Shown piece by piece: positions 8,455 to 18,276 of a stretch of 29,100 bases of DNA. The notes below the pieces were generated by a model that did not search any database, was not told the origin of the DNA, and saw only the letters and a list, made by a program, of their open reading frames with translations. The translations under genes and the position numbers were made by a program. Every line of letters starts with the position of its first letter. Within the stretch, counting starts at the first letter, position 1. The stretch is from IMG/VR virus record IMGVR_UViG_3300030332_000436, positions 1 through 29,100 of that record; one strand, given 5' to 3'. Source of the DNA: a virus (lineage: Duplodnaviria > Caudoviricetes).

Positions 8455-9054
8455 TTATATTTTTTTGTAATTACTTATTACATCTCTGATTTTATTAATG
8501 ATTTTTTCTTGTATGTTTCTTGACTTATCCTGACCAAACATACCTTCCACGCTAAAGCCTTTTACATTACCGTTTTTAACAAGTTCCCAAACTTCGTTAT
8601 TTTCAACACGCATTGAACCCCACCAAGAACCATTAGGTACTTTTTCAAATTCTTTAGGTGCAATAGAACCACGTTCATTATCAATAATTAAACTTTCAAT
8701 AACATATACGCCATCCATTTCTTGATCGTGCATTAAATTGATCTTATTGCTATATCCTTGCTTAAAGAACTTATTTACAATTTTGTTAATCGTATCCTTT
8801 TTAAAGACTACAAAAAACTTTTCATTTAAGTCATTAAGTCTAGGTATTGGCAAATCAGCTACCATAAAATATCCTGATACTATACGCTTTTCTTCGTCCT
8901 GTATTTTAAACTCAAAATTTAAGGGCTGTTGCTTATTGAACTTTAGCCATAGCTTCTCTGTGGCAGGTTGGTCTACTAAACTTATAAATGAGATTCCGCT
9001 GTCATCATCTTCTTCGTTAATTATTAATTCTAATATTTCTGTATTATTTTCCAT
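8455..9054 (-). CDS. Prohead serine protease, XkdF-like
   Basis: ISLVD.PA, EEKRIVSG..MVAD, N.MH, GSW, VK.G.VKGFSVEG motifs of XkdF-type phage proteases. Confidence 0.8.
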   Translation of the reverse strand: MENNTEILELIINEEDDDSGISFISLVDQPATEKLWLKFNKQQPLNFEFKIQDEEKRIVSGYFMVADLPIPRLNDLNEKFFVVFKKDTINKIVNKFFKQGYSNKINLMHDQEMDGVYVIESLIIDNERGSIAPKEFEKVPNGSWWGSMRVENNEVWELVKNGNVKGFSVEGMFGQDKSRNIQEKIINKIRDVISNYKKI

Positions 9055-9065
9055 AACTATTTATT

Positions 9066-11141
9066 TTAAAATGTACTCTGTGCTTCTATAACACTAACTT
9101 TATTTTGTGTATCTGATATATCTGTTTCAGTTACAAATACTTTCTGATCTTCTTGAGGCACTAATGTAGACGTATTAGTAACGGGTGCAATTTGAGGGGC
9201 TGCTGCACCACCGCCACCAGGAACACCACCACCACCGCCAAAACTACCACCACCACCACCGCCTGAAAACTGCTGTTTTCTTATGTTCTGTACGTTAGCT
9301 AATCCTGAAGCTAAAGCTATACCAGCCTGAATAAACGGGTAGGCTGGAAATCCTACTGTTATTGGGTTTGCTGAAGCAGAAGCAAATATAGCCTGTACGC
9401 CTTGATATGTTTGTATCAATGCCTGTGCTATTTGTAATTTCTTATTAATTTCAAAAGCCTTCTTTTGACTCTTTTCATTGTCTTTAGCAAATGCACTTGT
9501 CAAACTCATTACAGCAGTTAAGCCATCTAAAGCTAATTGTGTTTTAGCATCTTTAACAGCCTGATCTTTTTGTAATTGTTCTTTTGCAAATTTGTCATTA
9601 ATGAGAGCTTCTTCTTCTTTTAGATGTGTTTTAAGTCTTAGTATTTCTTCTTCACCTAATCTAGTATCATTTATTAAAGCAAAGTATTTTAAATTAACGG
9701 CTTCAATTTCTTTTTCTTGATCTGTTAAGGCTCTTTGTCTTGCTTGTTCATCTAGCTTTTCGACAGATAATAATAACTCATTTTCTAACTTTTCAATGTT
9801 TTGTTTAAATGCTAATTCTATTTTTAACTTATCTTCAGCAGCTTTCTTAGTATCTTCTATTTCTTTATCTGTAACTTTTTTATTTTCTTCTGCTGTCTTT
9901 TTATAGGCTTCCCTTCTTTTAAGTTGTATCTTATTTTCAAATACTACTAAATCAACTTCGGCTTTATGTAACTGAGCTAAGAAATCTTCTTCGTCTTTTA
10001 ATGTTTCTTCTAATAGTCTTTTGTGTGCTTCTAATAATGCTTTGTCAGTTCCCCAAAAGTCAATTTTGTTTTTTAGCTCTTTTTCGTGGTGTGCTATTTT
10101 TTGCTGATGTGCTAACTGACGTATTCTAATACCTTCAATTTCTAATTCTTTTTGTTTTTGAAAACTTTCAATTATTGCAGTTAATTTCTGGCGTTCTAAT
10201 TCAACGGTGTCTTTACCTAAACTTTCTGCTATTCTTATTTCATCATCATAGCTAGTTATTATTCTATCTCTAGCCCTTATCTCATCTTCAATAGCACTTT
10301 TAATTTCTGCTAATCTTTTTTCACGTGCTTTCTTTTCTGCTTTTAAACGCTTTTTTCTTTTCTTTTCGCTTTGTTCTTCGCTATCATCATAAACGCCAAT
10401 CCATTTTAATGCACTTTTAATAGCCCCGACAAACTCATCCCAATATTGAACAAGTGCAATAATAGCAGCACCAATAGCTACAAATGGTATAGCTAACATA
10501 GCAAATCGTAAAGCATTTACAGCTATTGTAGCCCCACCCGTTACAAAGGTGTAAGCAGTTGTAGCAATAGTAGCTATTTTTTCTGCTGTTGTTTTGGCAA
10601 CTAATACAACAGTACTTTCTTTTTCTAAGTTTTTTCTAAGTGTTTCAACACCCATTAACAAAGACTGTGCCCCCTGAAGTTTCATTAATGTTTCCCTGTA
10701 CTTTTCACTATCAACACCAGCAATAGCTAAAGCCCCCTGAAATGCAGCATAGCCAGCTATAACAGTTGTACCAATATCTAAGGCGGCTTGCATCTTTACA
10801 CCATCATTTGCTAAACGATTTACTTCAGCAGTAATATCATTATAACGGTCTTTTAATTGTGCCGCTTCTTGTATTGCTTTCTTGCCTAATGGTGATGTTC
10901 TACCAGCTTCTAATGCTATTGCTTGATACTCCTGTATCTGCTTATTCATCCTACGGATGTTAACAGGACCTTCTTTTATTTCTTTGTTAAGTGTATCAAA
11001 CTGTTGTTCTAAAGTTTCAGCACCTTTATCGGCTTGTTTAGTTGCTTGAGTTACACCTTTTGTGGCTTTTTCTAAGTTGCCTAAATTAGTAACTGCTTTG
11101 CCTGTTTCTACGTTAACCTTTAATGTAATTTCTTCTGCCAT
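9066..11141 (-). CDS. Tail tape measure protein
   Basis: 691 aa, long Ala/Lys/Glu helical coiled coil, hydrophobic stretches, Gly-rich C-terminal linker. Confidence 0.75.
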   Translation of the reverse strand: MAEEITLKVNVETGKAVTNLGNLEKATKGVTQATKQADKGAETLEQQFDTLNKEIKEGPVNIRRMNKQIQEYQAIALEAGRTSPLGKKAIQEAAQLKDRYNDITAEVNRLANDGVKMQAALDIGTTVIAGYAAFQGALAIAGVDSEKYRETLMKLQGAQSLLMGVETLRKNLEKESTVVLVAKTTAEKIATIATTAYTFVTGGATIAVNALRFAMLAIPFVAIGAAIIALVQYWDEFVGAIKSALKWIGVYDDSEEQSEKKRKKRLKAEKKAREKRLAEIKSAIEDEIRARDRIITSYDDEIRIAESLGKDTVELERQKLTAIIESFQKQKELEIEGIRIRQLAHQQKIAHHEKELKNKIDFWGTDKALLEAHKRLLEETLKDEEDFLAQLHKAEVDLVVFENKIQLKRREAYKKTAEENKKVTDKEIEDTKKAAEDKLKIELAFKQNIEKLENELLLSVEKLDEQARQRALTDQEKEIEAVNLKYFALINDTRLGEEEILRLKTHLKEEEALINDKFAKEQLQKDQAVKDAKTQLALDGLTAVMSLTSAFAKDNEKSQKKAFEINKKLQIAQALIQTYQGVQAIFASASANPITVGFPAYPFIQAGIALASGLANVQNIRKQQFSGGGGGGSFGGGGGVPGGGGAAAPQIAPVTNTSTLVPQEDQKVFVTETDISDTQNKVSVIEAQSTF
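9206..9262 (-). repeat. GGT/GGC low-complexity repeat encoding a poly-Gly linker
   Basis: (cca)n runs on the + strand, encoding GGGGGGSFGGGGGVPGGGG. Confidence 0.8.
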
Positions 11142-11143
11142 TT

Positions 11144-14080
11144 CTAAATTATTATATAATTAGCCCCATCGTATTGAACAGTTACTGTCGTGTTTAATAC
11201 CGTTATATTTTTCGTTGCTGCACCATCTATTGTTTCACTTCCAGCAGTTCTAAGCTGACAGTAATTTGATGCTTCTGTTAGCTTTACATTCCAGACTTTT
11301 CCGATCGTTGGTTCTGTTGGTAATGTTAATAATACATTTCCTCCTGTTGTATCTGCTAAATAAGTTTTAATACCTTCATCGGCTGGGGTTGAAGATGTAA
11401 TAGTTATGATACTACCTTCGCCAATTAATTCCCCATTTAAATAAGTTACACTACTGCTTGTTACTGTTACGCTATTAGTGTTAATTAGCGTTATATCACT
11501 AAGCCCAGCCTCAACCGTATTGCTATCTCCCTGTATAATTACATTGTTAGCTTCAGAAAATACTTTATTACTATCCCCGTTTATATTAATGCTTGTTGCT
11601 GTTCTGCTTATGTAATTGTTTTCACCTAATACTTTCTGCTCTAAACTTGCATAACTATTACCAGCTTTTAAAACATCACTTCCAGAACTGAATTTAGGCA
11701 AAGGCTTACCAGCCATATTATCAATGCCACCCGTTGCTGTTGCTGTTGTTGGTGAAAATACATCGGCATCTTTGATCTTTAGAAACTCGCATTTCGTTAC
11801 AGGGCTATCGGGGTTATAATTCTCTATTTTGTTAAGTCTGAAGTAAGCACCATCAAAGTAGTATTGAGTTCTAAATGATAGACTTCTTATATCACCAGGA
11901 CGTAAATAAAACCAACCTTTTACAACCTTACTATTAACATCTGTAATTTCTTCTATAAACTTTTTATAGTATTTATTATATAAGTTGTTATCATTCCAAG
12001 TAATAGTTTCAAAAGTATTATCATAATAAATCTCTTTAGTTAGCCCGAAGTTAATATCCATAGTAGGTGTATAAGGTTCATCGTAATGACCAGCATAAGG
12101 ATATTTCTTTTTATTTGTTATACTGCTATCTGTATGCTTCCACATTGACGCAGTATCTAACAGCCCACCCCATTGTAATATTCTAATGTTGCTTTGCGTT
12201 CTTTGTGCTTTACCATCGTCATCTGTTTTAATGATGCTAGGTATTATTCTATCATTAGCTAATATACCTTTGCTGGGTGTTGGGCTAAATATAATTTCAG
12301 TTTTATATGTCTTTTTAATAAAGTCATTTGTAACACCATCTTTTTCTTGCCCGTATATTTCATCCCAAGTTGTAGTATATAATGCGTTGTAATAATCTTT
12401 GTCTGCTTTGTAAGTAAATAAATAATCTTTACTATCTAAAGCACCCATAGGTAAAAACTCTAAGGGCTTACTTACATCTAATTTCTGCGACCAGTCAGTT
12501 ATGGTACTATCGTAAAAGTCATCTCTAGGTTCTATGAATACGCTTGTATCATTTTGCGTATCTGCTTGAACGTATAAATTAAACATCTTTACTAATGACA
12601 TAAAGAAATCTTTTTGCTTGATCTTCTTAGGTATAGTGTTGTTCATAGAAATAGTGTTGCCTTCTACATATCCACTATTAACAACTTGATTAAAAAACGT
12701 GCCAGATATTAGCTTTACTGTTGCTTCGCCTGTATAAAATGTTCCTGTTGACTGCCCTTCAAATAATTTACCTGTTGAATTAACTGCTGTTGGGGCAAGA
12801 AAGAAATCACCATAAACGCTTACTTCATCAGTAGCAGTTAAAAAAACATTTGTAGCCTGTAATACATATTTATTAGGTGGGCTGTAATATCTATCACCGC
12901 CCTGAAGCCCAACATTTGTAACATTTGCCGTTCCAGCAGTTTGATATTCATCGTCAGGATAAGTAGGTGATGCCGTTGTTAAGCCTACACCACCAGCACT
13001 AATAGCAGAAGTATATGTTATGCCTATTGATGTTTGATCTAATAAGCTATAACTACCACCACCTAAATTATAATTTCTTAAAGACAAAGCCCCAGTTAAA
13101 GCACAAAGTACATCAACAGCTTCAGCACCAGCACCCGTTGGGGCAAATTCTACATTTAATTCTATGATAATATTAAGGTTATAATACCCACTTTCAGCAA
13201 CAGTATAAACACCATTAGTATGATCGTAAACACCACCAACATCTGCTACTTCATTTGTAAATACTAACTTATCACTATCAGCATTTAAATATATTGTTAC
13301 AGGTGTTTCAGAGATAGTAAAATCAGCATCACCACTAGTATCCCATTCAACAGTATTAGCATTAAATATCCTGTTGTTTATTTCAGTACCCGTTAACGCA
13401 AAGTCCCTAGATGAACAAGGAATTATTAATTTCTTAAAAAAATCACTATCAAAAAAAGCTGAGCTATAAGAATATCCAGCGTCTAAAAACATTTCATCAA
13501 TGTATTTCTTTGCTGTTATAGCTGGGAAAAAGTCTTGTATAGTCCAATCTGACCAATCGTAATGTGTACCGTAATCTATCATAGGGTAAACATAATTAGT
13601 AGGTATGGTAGTCCAGCTATTAGCTTGATTAGTTTTATTGTAAACGTGGTTTAATGCACTTAAATCTAAATCAGTTAATTCGCTATCCCCTAATGCTTTA
13701 ATGAAATCACCTACCCTTCCAATAATAGTACATTGATAAACAACATCGTCATTATCTAATATATCTACTTGCTTTAATTGTAGATACCCATCTAAAGCAG
13801 TTTCATCATCTACTAAATAAAGTACATCAGTTTTTAAATTTGGGTTAAATGTTTGTAGATCAATATTGACTTCAAATATCCATTCGAATACTTCGTTTAA
13901 TTTCTTGCTTCCTGGTAGTTTAATTGTCTTAGAATAATCGCTTTTTCTTTGATCGGGCTTTGCTATATCTGCTATGTTAAATGTTAAGTTAGGGCGTAAA
14001 CTTTCTAATAGCTCTACTTTGTCTGTAATGTATGCAGCAGTACCAGGCTTTTTATAAGTAATATATAGTTCTTCTTTCAT
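11144..14080 (-). CDS. Large tail tip / baseplate hub-like protein
   Basis: 978 aa. N-terminal IADI..P..R.S.YSKTI.LPG and YPMIDYG motifs, QKDF...L.KMFNL, beta-rich C-terminus with a fibre-like tip. Confidence 0.7.
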   Translation of the reverse strand: MKEELYITYKKPGTAAYITDKVELLESLRPNLTFNIADIAKPDQRKSDYSKTIKLPGSKKLNEVFEWIFEVNIDLQTFNPNLKTDVLYLVDDETALDGYLQLKQVDILDNDDVVYQCTIIGRVGDFIKALGDSELTDLDLSALNHVYNKTNQANSWTTIPTNYVYPMIDYGTHYDWSDWTIQDFFPAITAKKYIDEMFLDAGYSYSSAFFDSDFFKKLIIPCSSRDFALTGTEINNRIFNANTVEWDTSGDADFTISETPVTIYLNADSDKLVFTNEVADVGGVYDHTNGVYTVAESGYYNLNIIIELNVEFAPTGAGAEAVDVLCALTGALSLRNYNLGGGSYSLLDQTSIGITYTSAISAGGVGLTTASPTYPDDEYQTAGTANVTNVGLQGGDRYYSPPNKYVLQATNVFLTATDEVSVYGDFFLAPTAVNSTGKLFEGQSTGTFYTGEATVKLISGTFFNQVVNSGYVEGNTISMNNTIPKKIKQKDFFMSLVKMFNLYVQADTQNDTSVFIEPRDDFYDSTITDWSQKLDVSKPLEFLPMGALDSKDYLFTYKADKDYYNALYTTTWDEIYGQEKDGVTNDFIKKTYKTEIIFSPTPSKGILANDRIIPSIIKTDDDGKAQRTQSNIRILQWGGLLDTASMWKHTDSSITNKKKYPYAGHYDEPYTPTMDINFGLTKEIYYDNTFETITWNDNNLYNKYYKKFIEEITDVNSKVVKGWFYLRPGDIRSLSFRTQYYFDGAYFRLNKIENYNPDSPVTKCEFLKIKDADVFSPTTATATGGIDNMAGKPLPKFSSGSDVLKAGNSYASLEQKVLGENNYISRTATSININGDSNKVFSEANNVIIQGDSNTVEAGLSDITLINTNSVTVTSSSVTYLNGELIGEGSIITITSSTPADEGIKTYLADTTGGNVLLTLPTEPTIGKVWNVKLTEASNYCQLRTAGSETIDGAATKNITVLNTTVTVQYDGANYIII

Positions 14081-15330
14081 TAGAATCTTTGTCTATAATT
14101 ATCCATACTAAACTCTAATGTTATTTCTAAGTTAAATACCGTATCAGCAGTGCTTAATTTTTGTTCCCAATTACCCTGTATGTTCTGAACAGCTACACGG
14201 CTACCGTTTTCGTGTAAGTATATTTCAGGGCTTTCTATTAATTCTACTAACCAGTTAAAAGTGTCTACACTTATCCAGTCGCTTGTTAGCTTCATCTTTG
14301 GCGTTCCCTTAGTATAGTATTGTGTTTTTTCTTTATCACTTAAAGCATAAGTAATAACACCTGAAGCCATATTATCAGCGTTTTGCTTAAAGTATTTACG
14401 TTCAACATCTTCGCTTATTCTGCTGACCTTTGTAAAGTTGAAACAATCAAAGCCACCTAAAGCGTTAAGAAATTCTAATCGTCTTGTTTCGTATCTACAT
14501 TCGCTACTAATTTGAAAGTAAAATACTTCTGAAGCTGCTGCTGGTGAACTATCTAGTAACTGTATTTGGTAACTATCTACACCCGTTGTAGGTATTACAG
14601 GCTGAACTCCTGAACTTAATGTAACTGTATTTAGTGTATTAGGTGCTGAAGGTATCTTTAAAGTCTTGTCTGCTGTTATGGCATTTGTTATTTCAAAAGT
14701 GCCAACAAGTGAACCACCATTATAAGTAGTAATTTCTGCTTTGTTAACAGGGTTTCCAGAATGATCGTATAAGAAATATAGCCAACCTTCATCTGCTAGT
14801 TCTACTTTCTGAGTATCATTATTAAAAGGGCGTAGACCTCTAGGCATATTAGTTTGAAACTTTCTAGTGTTGGCATTAACAGTATAATTCTGAAAGTAAT
14901 TACTTGCTTGATAATCAACAAAGTTTAAGCCTGAACCTCTAAAGTTAGGCAAACAACCATTAAATACAATTACTGTTTTAGTTTGTTGATCTGGGTCTGG
15001 TGTTAGCGTTCCGCCTATATCAAATTCTTCGCCTATCTTAATAGTGTATTCCTTCCAGCTATTAGCATTTCCAGTAAAGCCAGTAGTACCACCAATAGTA
15101 CCTAAGTCAGTCGATATATAGCTTTCTGCTATGCCGCTAATATTACAACGTCCATAGTCATTAGGGTCTGCTGATACTTTCAGTCTGCCTAATAAAGTAG
15201 CACCATCGTAAACGTCAAATAGATATTTAAATCTTGTTTCTGTTGTATCATCACTTGTTGCTACATATTCTATTGCATTATAAACAGCCCTGTAATTTTG
15301 CGGCTCTGTTGTTACTCCTGTAATTGCCAT
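14080..15330 (-). CDS. Tail structural protein (distal-tail-like)
   Basis: 416 aa with C-terminal FLN.LGG.D.FNF and L.EL..SP..Y motifs, coupled to the 978-aa tail gene. Confidence 0.6.
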   Translation of the reverse strand: MAITGVTTEPQNYRAVYNAIEYVATSDDTTETRFKYLFDVYDGATLLGRLKVSADPNDYGRCNISGIAESYISTDLGTIGGTTGFTGNANSWKEYTIKIGEEFDIGGTLTPDPDQQTKTVIVFNGCLPNFRGSGLNFVDYQASNYFQNYTVNANTRKFQTNMPRGLRPFNNDTQKVELADEGWLYFLYDHSGNPVNKAEITTYNGGSLVGTFEITNAITADKTLKIPSAPNTLNTVTLSSGVQPVIPTTGVDSYQIQLLDSSPAAASEVFYFQISSECRYETRRLEFLNALGGFDCFNFTKVSRISEDVERKYFKQNADNMASGVITYALSDKEKTQYYTKGTPKMKLTSDWISVDTFNWLVELIESPEIYLHENGSRVAVQNIQGNWEQKLSTADTVFNLEITLEFSMDNYRQRF

Positions 15331-15332
15331 AT

Positions 15333-15920
15333 CTATTTCTTTTTAAATCCTTTTTTAAATTGCTTAGTAATGTTTTTGCCTGTAACTGTGCTAAAGTCTT
15401 TTAGGTACTTATCCCAAATAGCACCCGTAAAAGTTTCTTCTACACAATTAGTATAAAAGTATCTAGGCTTTAAACCCTGAAACGCAATAACATTTCTAAC
15501 TATGTATTCGTTAAGTCCTTTGCTTCTAGCCCAATCCCTTATGTATTTTACTTTTGGTCCGTGCTTAAATTGAAAATCACTCTTAGGTGCTTTAAGTGTT
15601 GCTCTAAGATTTTTAGTACCATCTTTATATTCAGGTACACCCTTAACACCTTGATCCATAAATTTATAATAATCTTCTAAGTACAGCTCTGCTACTAATG
15701 TAGTGCCAAACAGCCTAACAGGCATACGCATTTTATCCCTTAAATTGCCTTTATATACTAAGTTATCTTTATCTATTGTAGCCTGTAAACAGCGTATCAT
15801 CTCAGCAGCTAAATTGTTAAGCACCTCAACTAATGAAGTAGGTTGATCTATAACCTCTAAATCATTTAAGTTGAAATGCTCTGCACTTCCTAACAGTTCT
15901 TCTAAAGTTCCTTCTGCCAT
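15333..15920 (-). CDS. Putative tail completion/neck protein (HK97 gp10-like position)
   Basis: 195 aa, basic. G.L...(M), Y.KF.DQGVKG and G.KPRYF motifs. Confidence 0.5.
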   Translation of the reverse strand: MAEGTLEELLGSAEHFNLNDLEVIDQPTSLVEVLNNLAAEMIRCLQATIDKDNLVYKGNLRDKMRMPVRLFGTTLVAELYLEDYYKFMDQGVKGVPEYKDGTKNLRATLKAPKSDFQFKHGPKVKYIRDWARSKGLNEYIVRNVIAFQGLKPRYFYTNCVEETFTGAIWDKYLKDFSTVTGKNITKQFKKGFKKK

Positions 15921-16725
15921 TATCTTCTGTGTTTGTTCATAGCGTCCCTATGTATCTGGGCTTCGTGCTTCTGCTTATCGCTGAAATAAGCTACTATATT
16001 TAATCCTTTTATCACTTCGTAATTTTGTAGTACATCCCATTTATCTATACGGCTATTAGTTAAATTATCAAGCGTAACCATCCATCCCCATCGTTCTATG
16101 AAGCCTTCATTTCTTGTTTCACTTGTTTTATCTGCTGGGTCGCTTTCTGTATCAAATAAGTTTTTATATCCTGAGTTGAGTTTGCCAAGTGATGATAAAA
16201 AAAAACACCTATCGGATATGCTATTGTGATGGGCATATTCTTATAAAAGTTTTCTGATGTTTCCCGTATCACTTCACCATTAATATCAACATCGTGCCAA
16301 CGTAAGTATTTACGTTCAACGGGTCTGCATATTGTTGTTAGTATCTTATGTAGGTTGTTAAAGATAACATCTTCATTAGTTGATGCGTCTTGCAGTAATT
16401 CCATAGCACTTATATACTCGCCAAACAGTAGCTTTCTTGCATCCATTTGAAATTCGTACCATTTACCACCTACTTTAAACCGTCTAGCTTTTAATGTCTT
16501 TGGTAGTTCAGTTTCTAAGAACTTCATCTTTTTAATAAGATCGTTATACTGTTCTAGTGATATATCTTTTATTACTTCTTTTTTTTCGCCTGTAAGAACG
16601 CATAATATATTTATAATACGTTGTATAGGCTTCTGCTCTGTTTGTAGTACAGGGCGTAAGTTAATGTACTTTTCAAGTGTTATATCTTCCCACGTTGTAG
16701 GCAAAGTGAAAGTAATCTTCTTCAT
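15920..16725 (-). CDS. Tail assembly chaperone, -1 frameshift long form (gpGT-like, 268 aa)
   Basis: A -1 slip at GTT TTT TTT (16206-16198) opens 92 more codons (LSSLGKLNSGYKNLFD...FIERWGWMVTLDNL...HRR). These end in a TAA that overlaps the next ATG (TAATG at 15922-15918). Confidence 0.75.
16096..16725 (-). CDS. Tail assembly chaperone, short form (gpG-like, 209 aa)
   Basis: LPT.W.DITL..Y N-terminus. Contains a T9 slippery run at GVFF. Confidence 0.65.
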   Translation of the reverse strand: MKKITFTLPTTWEDITLEKYINLRPVLQTEQKPIQRIINILCVLTGEKKEVIKDISLEQYNDLIKKMKFLETELPKTLKARRFKVGGKWYEFQMDARKLLFGEYISAMELLQDASTNEDVIFNNLHKILTTICRPVERKYLRWHDVDINGEVIRETSENFYKNMPITIAYPIGVFFYHHLANSTQDIKTYLIQKATQQIKQVKQEMKAS

Positions 16726-16730
16726 AGTTA

Positions 16731-16742
16731 ATAAATGTGAAA
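16731..16742 (-). promoter_or_regulatory. Putative late promoter motif, copy 3 (TTTCACATTTAT)
   Basis: 11/12 match to the core of copies 1 and 2, preceded by a T-run, in the terL-chaperone intergenic gap. Confidence 0.45.
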
Positions 16743-16775
16743 TAATTTAAAAAAAACATAAACGCTAAAACTTTT

Positions 16776-17939
16776 TTAACGTATTGCATACCAACCTCTA
16801 TTGTGTTTCTTTAAGTGTATTAGTGCAACATATCTAAGTGCATCAAGTAGATGGTTGAACTTATCTACGGGCTTACCTACCCGTTTATTATTTTTGTCAA
16901 CAGCCCACTTATAGTTTTTAATTTCTTTAATTAAGTTTAGTGAACTTGTTGTAATAACTAGCTTATGACGTTTAATAATGTCGATGCCGTTCTGTATGCT
17001 GTCAGGTCCTTTAACAGCACCTTTAGAATTGATGTTCATTCTATATAATTCTTCAATGCTTTTAGGCTCAGAGCTATCACAAATTACTTCATTCCTGTCT
17101 ACAATAGGTTTAAGGCGTTCTGCTATATCCTGGTTAGTTAGTCCGTTAGTATATAATATTTCGTCTAAGTAAAGTGTATCATCGTGCTTATAAACACCAA
17201 TACAGGCAGTAGGGTCAACGCTATAACCAAAGTCTAAGCCATAACTAATTAGCTTTGCATTGTTTGGTATTGTATCGCAATACTCAAATTGAGTATATAC
17301 GTTGTCTTGGCTTGAACCCTGAAGCCCTAGCCCGTATATTTTCCAGTAGTTTTCATCTAAGTCTTTAAGGCGTTCTATTTCGTCTTTAATACTTTGTTCT
17401 AAAAATGGGTTATCTTGGTAGGTTGTTCTGTGAAACTCTGCATCAGGTCTAGTTATAACATCTTCATAAATCCAGTGGTATTCGTCAGAAGGGTTGTAAT
17501 CTATTATAATGCGTCCTGTTGTTCTAAATATCAACTGCTGGAAATCGTCTTTATTTAGCTCATTGCACTCATTAATAAAAAGTAAATCACGCTTACGCCC
17601 TCTAACCTTTTGGCTTTGATCTAAGCTGATGAACTCTACCAAGTTGTTATATAGTAAATACTCTGAGTTTGACTTATTGTGATGTTCAGGATTGTATATG
17701 TTATGCTTCTTTAGTATGTCTATGAAGTCCCGCATTACAGTAGCTCTAAGAGCTGGGAACGTCTTACGACATATAGTTACAACCTTATCACTATTTTGAT
17801 TGCAGTAAACAGTTATTATCCATAAAAGTATGTTGTATGTTTTGCCTGACCTTGCACCGCCTTGCTCTACTATTATCTTTTTTTCAGACTCTAGTAAGTG
17901 CCTAAATACTTTATTTGTCTGTATCTTTGCTGTTATCAA
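16776..17939 (-). CDS. terL: Terminase large subunit, PBSX family
   Basis: Walker A QGGARSGKT, LFINE Walker B, DYNP, nuclease GLDFG...DP and C-terminal NHLLDALRY. Confidence 0.95.
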   Translation of the reverse strand: MITAKIQTNKVFRHLLESEKKIIVEQGGARSGKTYNILLWIITVYCNQNSDKVVTICRKTFPALRATVMRDFIDILKKHNIYNPEHHNKSNSEYLLYNNLVEFISLDQSQKVRGRKRDLLFINECNELNKDDFQQLIFRTTGRIIIDYNPSDEYHWIYEDVITRPDAEFHRTTYQDNPFLEQSIKDEIERLKDLDENYWKIYGLGLQGSSQDNVYTQFEYCDTIPNNAKLISYGLDFGYSVDPTACIGVYKHDDTLYLDEILYTNGLTNQDIAERLKPIVDRNEVICDSSEPKSIEELYRMNINSKGAVKGPDSIQNGIDIIKRHKLVITTSSLNLIKEIKNYKWAVDKNNKRVGKPVDKFNHLLDALRYVALIHLKKHNRGWYAIR

Positions 17940-18276
17940 TGATCTCTATTTTAAAAGCTGAAGGACCGCCCTCTATTGATAGCTCAGTTTTTTCAACATA
18001 TCCACGCTTCTTGCCTTTGCATTTTAAATAGAATATCGTTGAGGTTGGATTACCACCCTGTATCTGCTTATGCAGTTGGCTTTCTGCAAAGTCAACAGCT
18101 ATTTCGCCAATACCATCTACTTCTTTTCTAAAGGCTTCATCATCGTTATACCAATCATAGAAAGTGCTTCGTGCTACGTCTACATTTTTACAGGCAGTAG
18201 TAACAACACCTAACGACTTTTCAAGTGCTTTAACAAGTTTCTTTTTTAATATGTCCGATTTCGTAGGTTTATCCAT
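17911..18276 (-). CDS. terS: Terminase small subunit
   Basis: HTH (LGVVTTACKNVDVARSTFYDW), AES.L and IFYLK.KGKKRGYVE motifs. Overlaps terL. Confidence 0.85.
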   Translation of the reverse strand: MDKPTKSDILKKKLVKALEKSLGVVTTACKNVDVARSTFYDWYNDDEAFRKEVDGIGEIAVDFAESQLHKQIQGGNPTSTIFYLKCKGKKRGYVEKTELSIEGGPSAFKIEIIDNSKDTDK

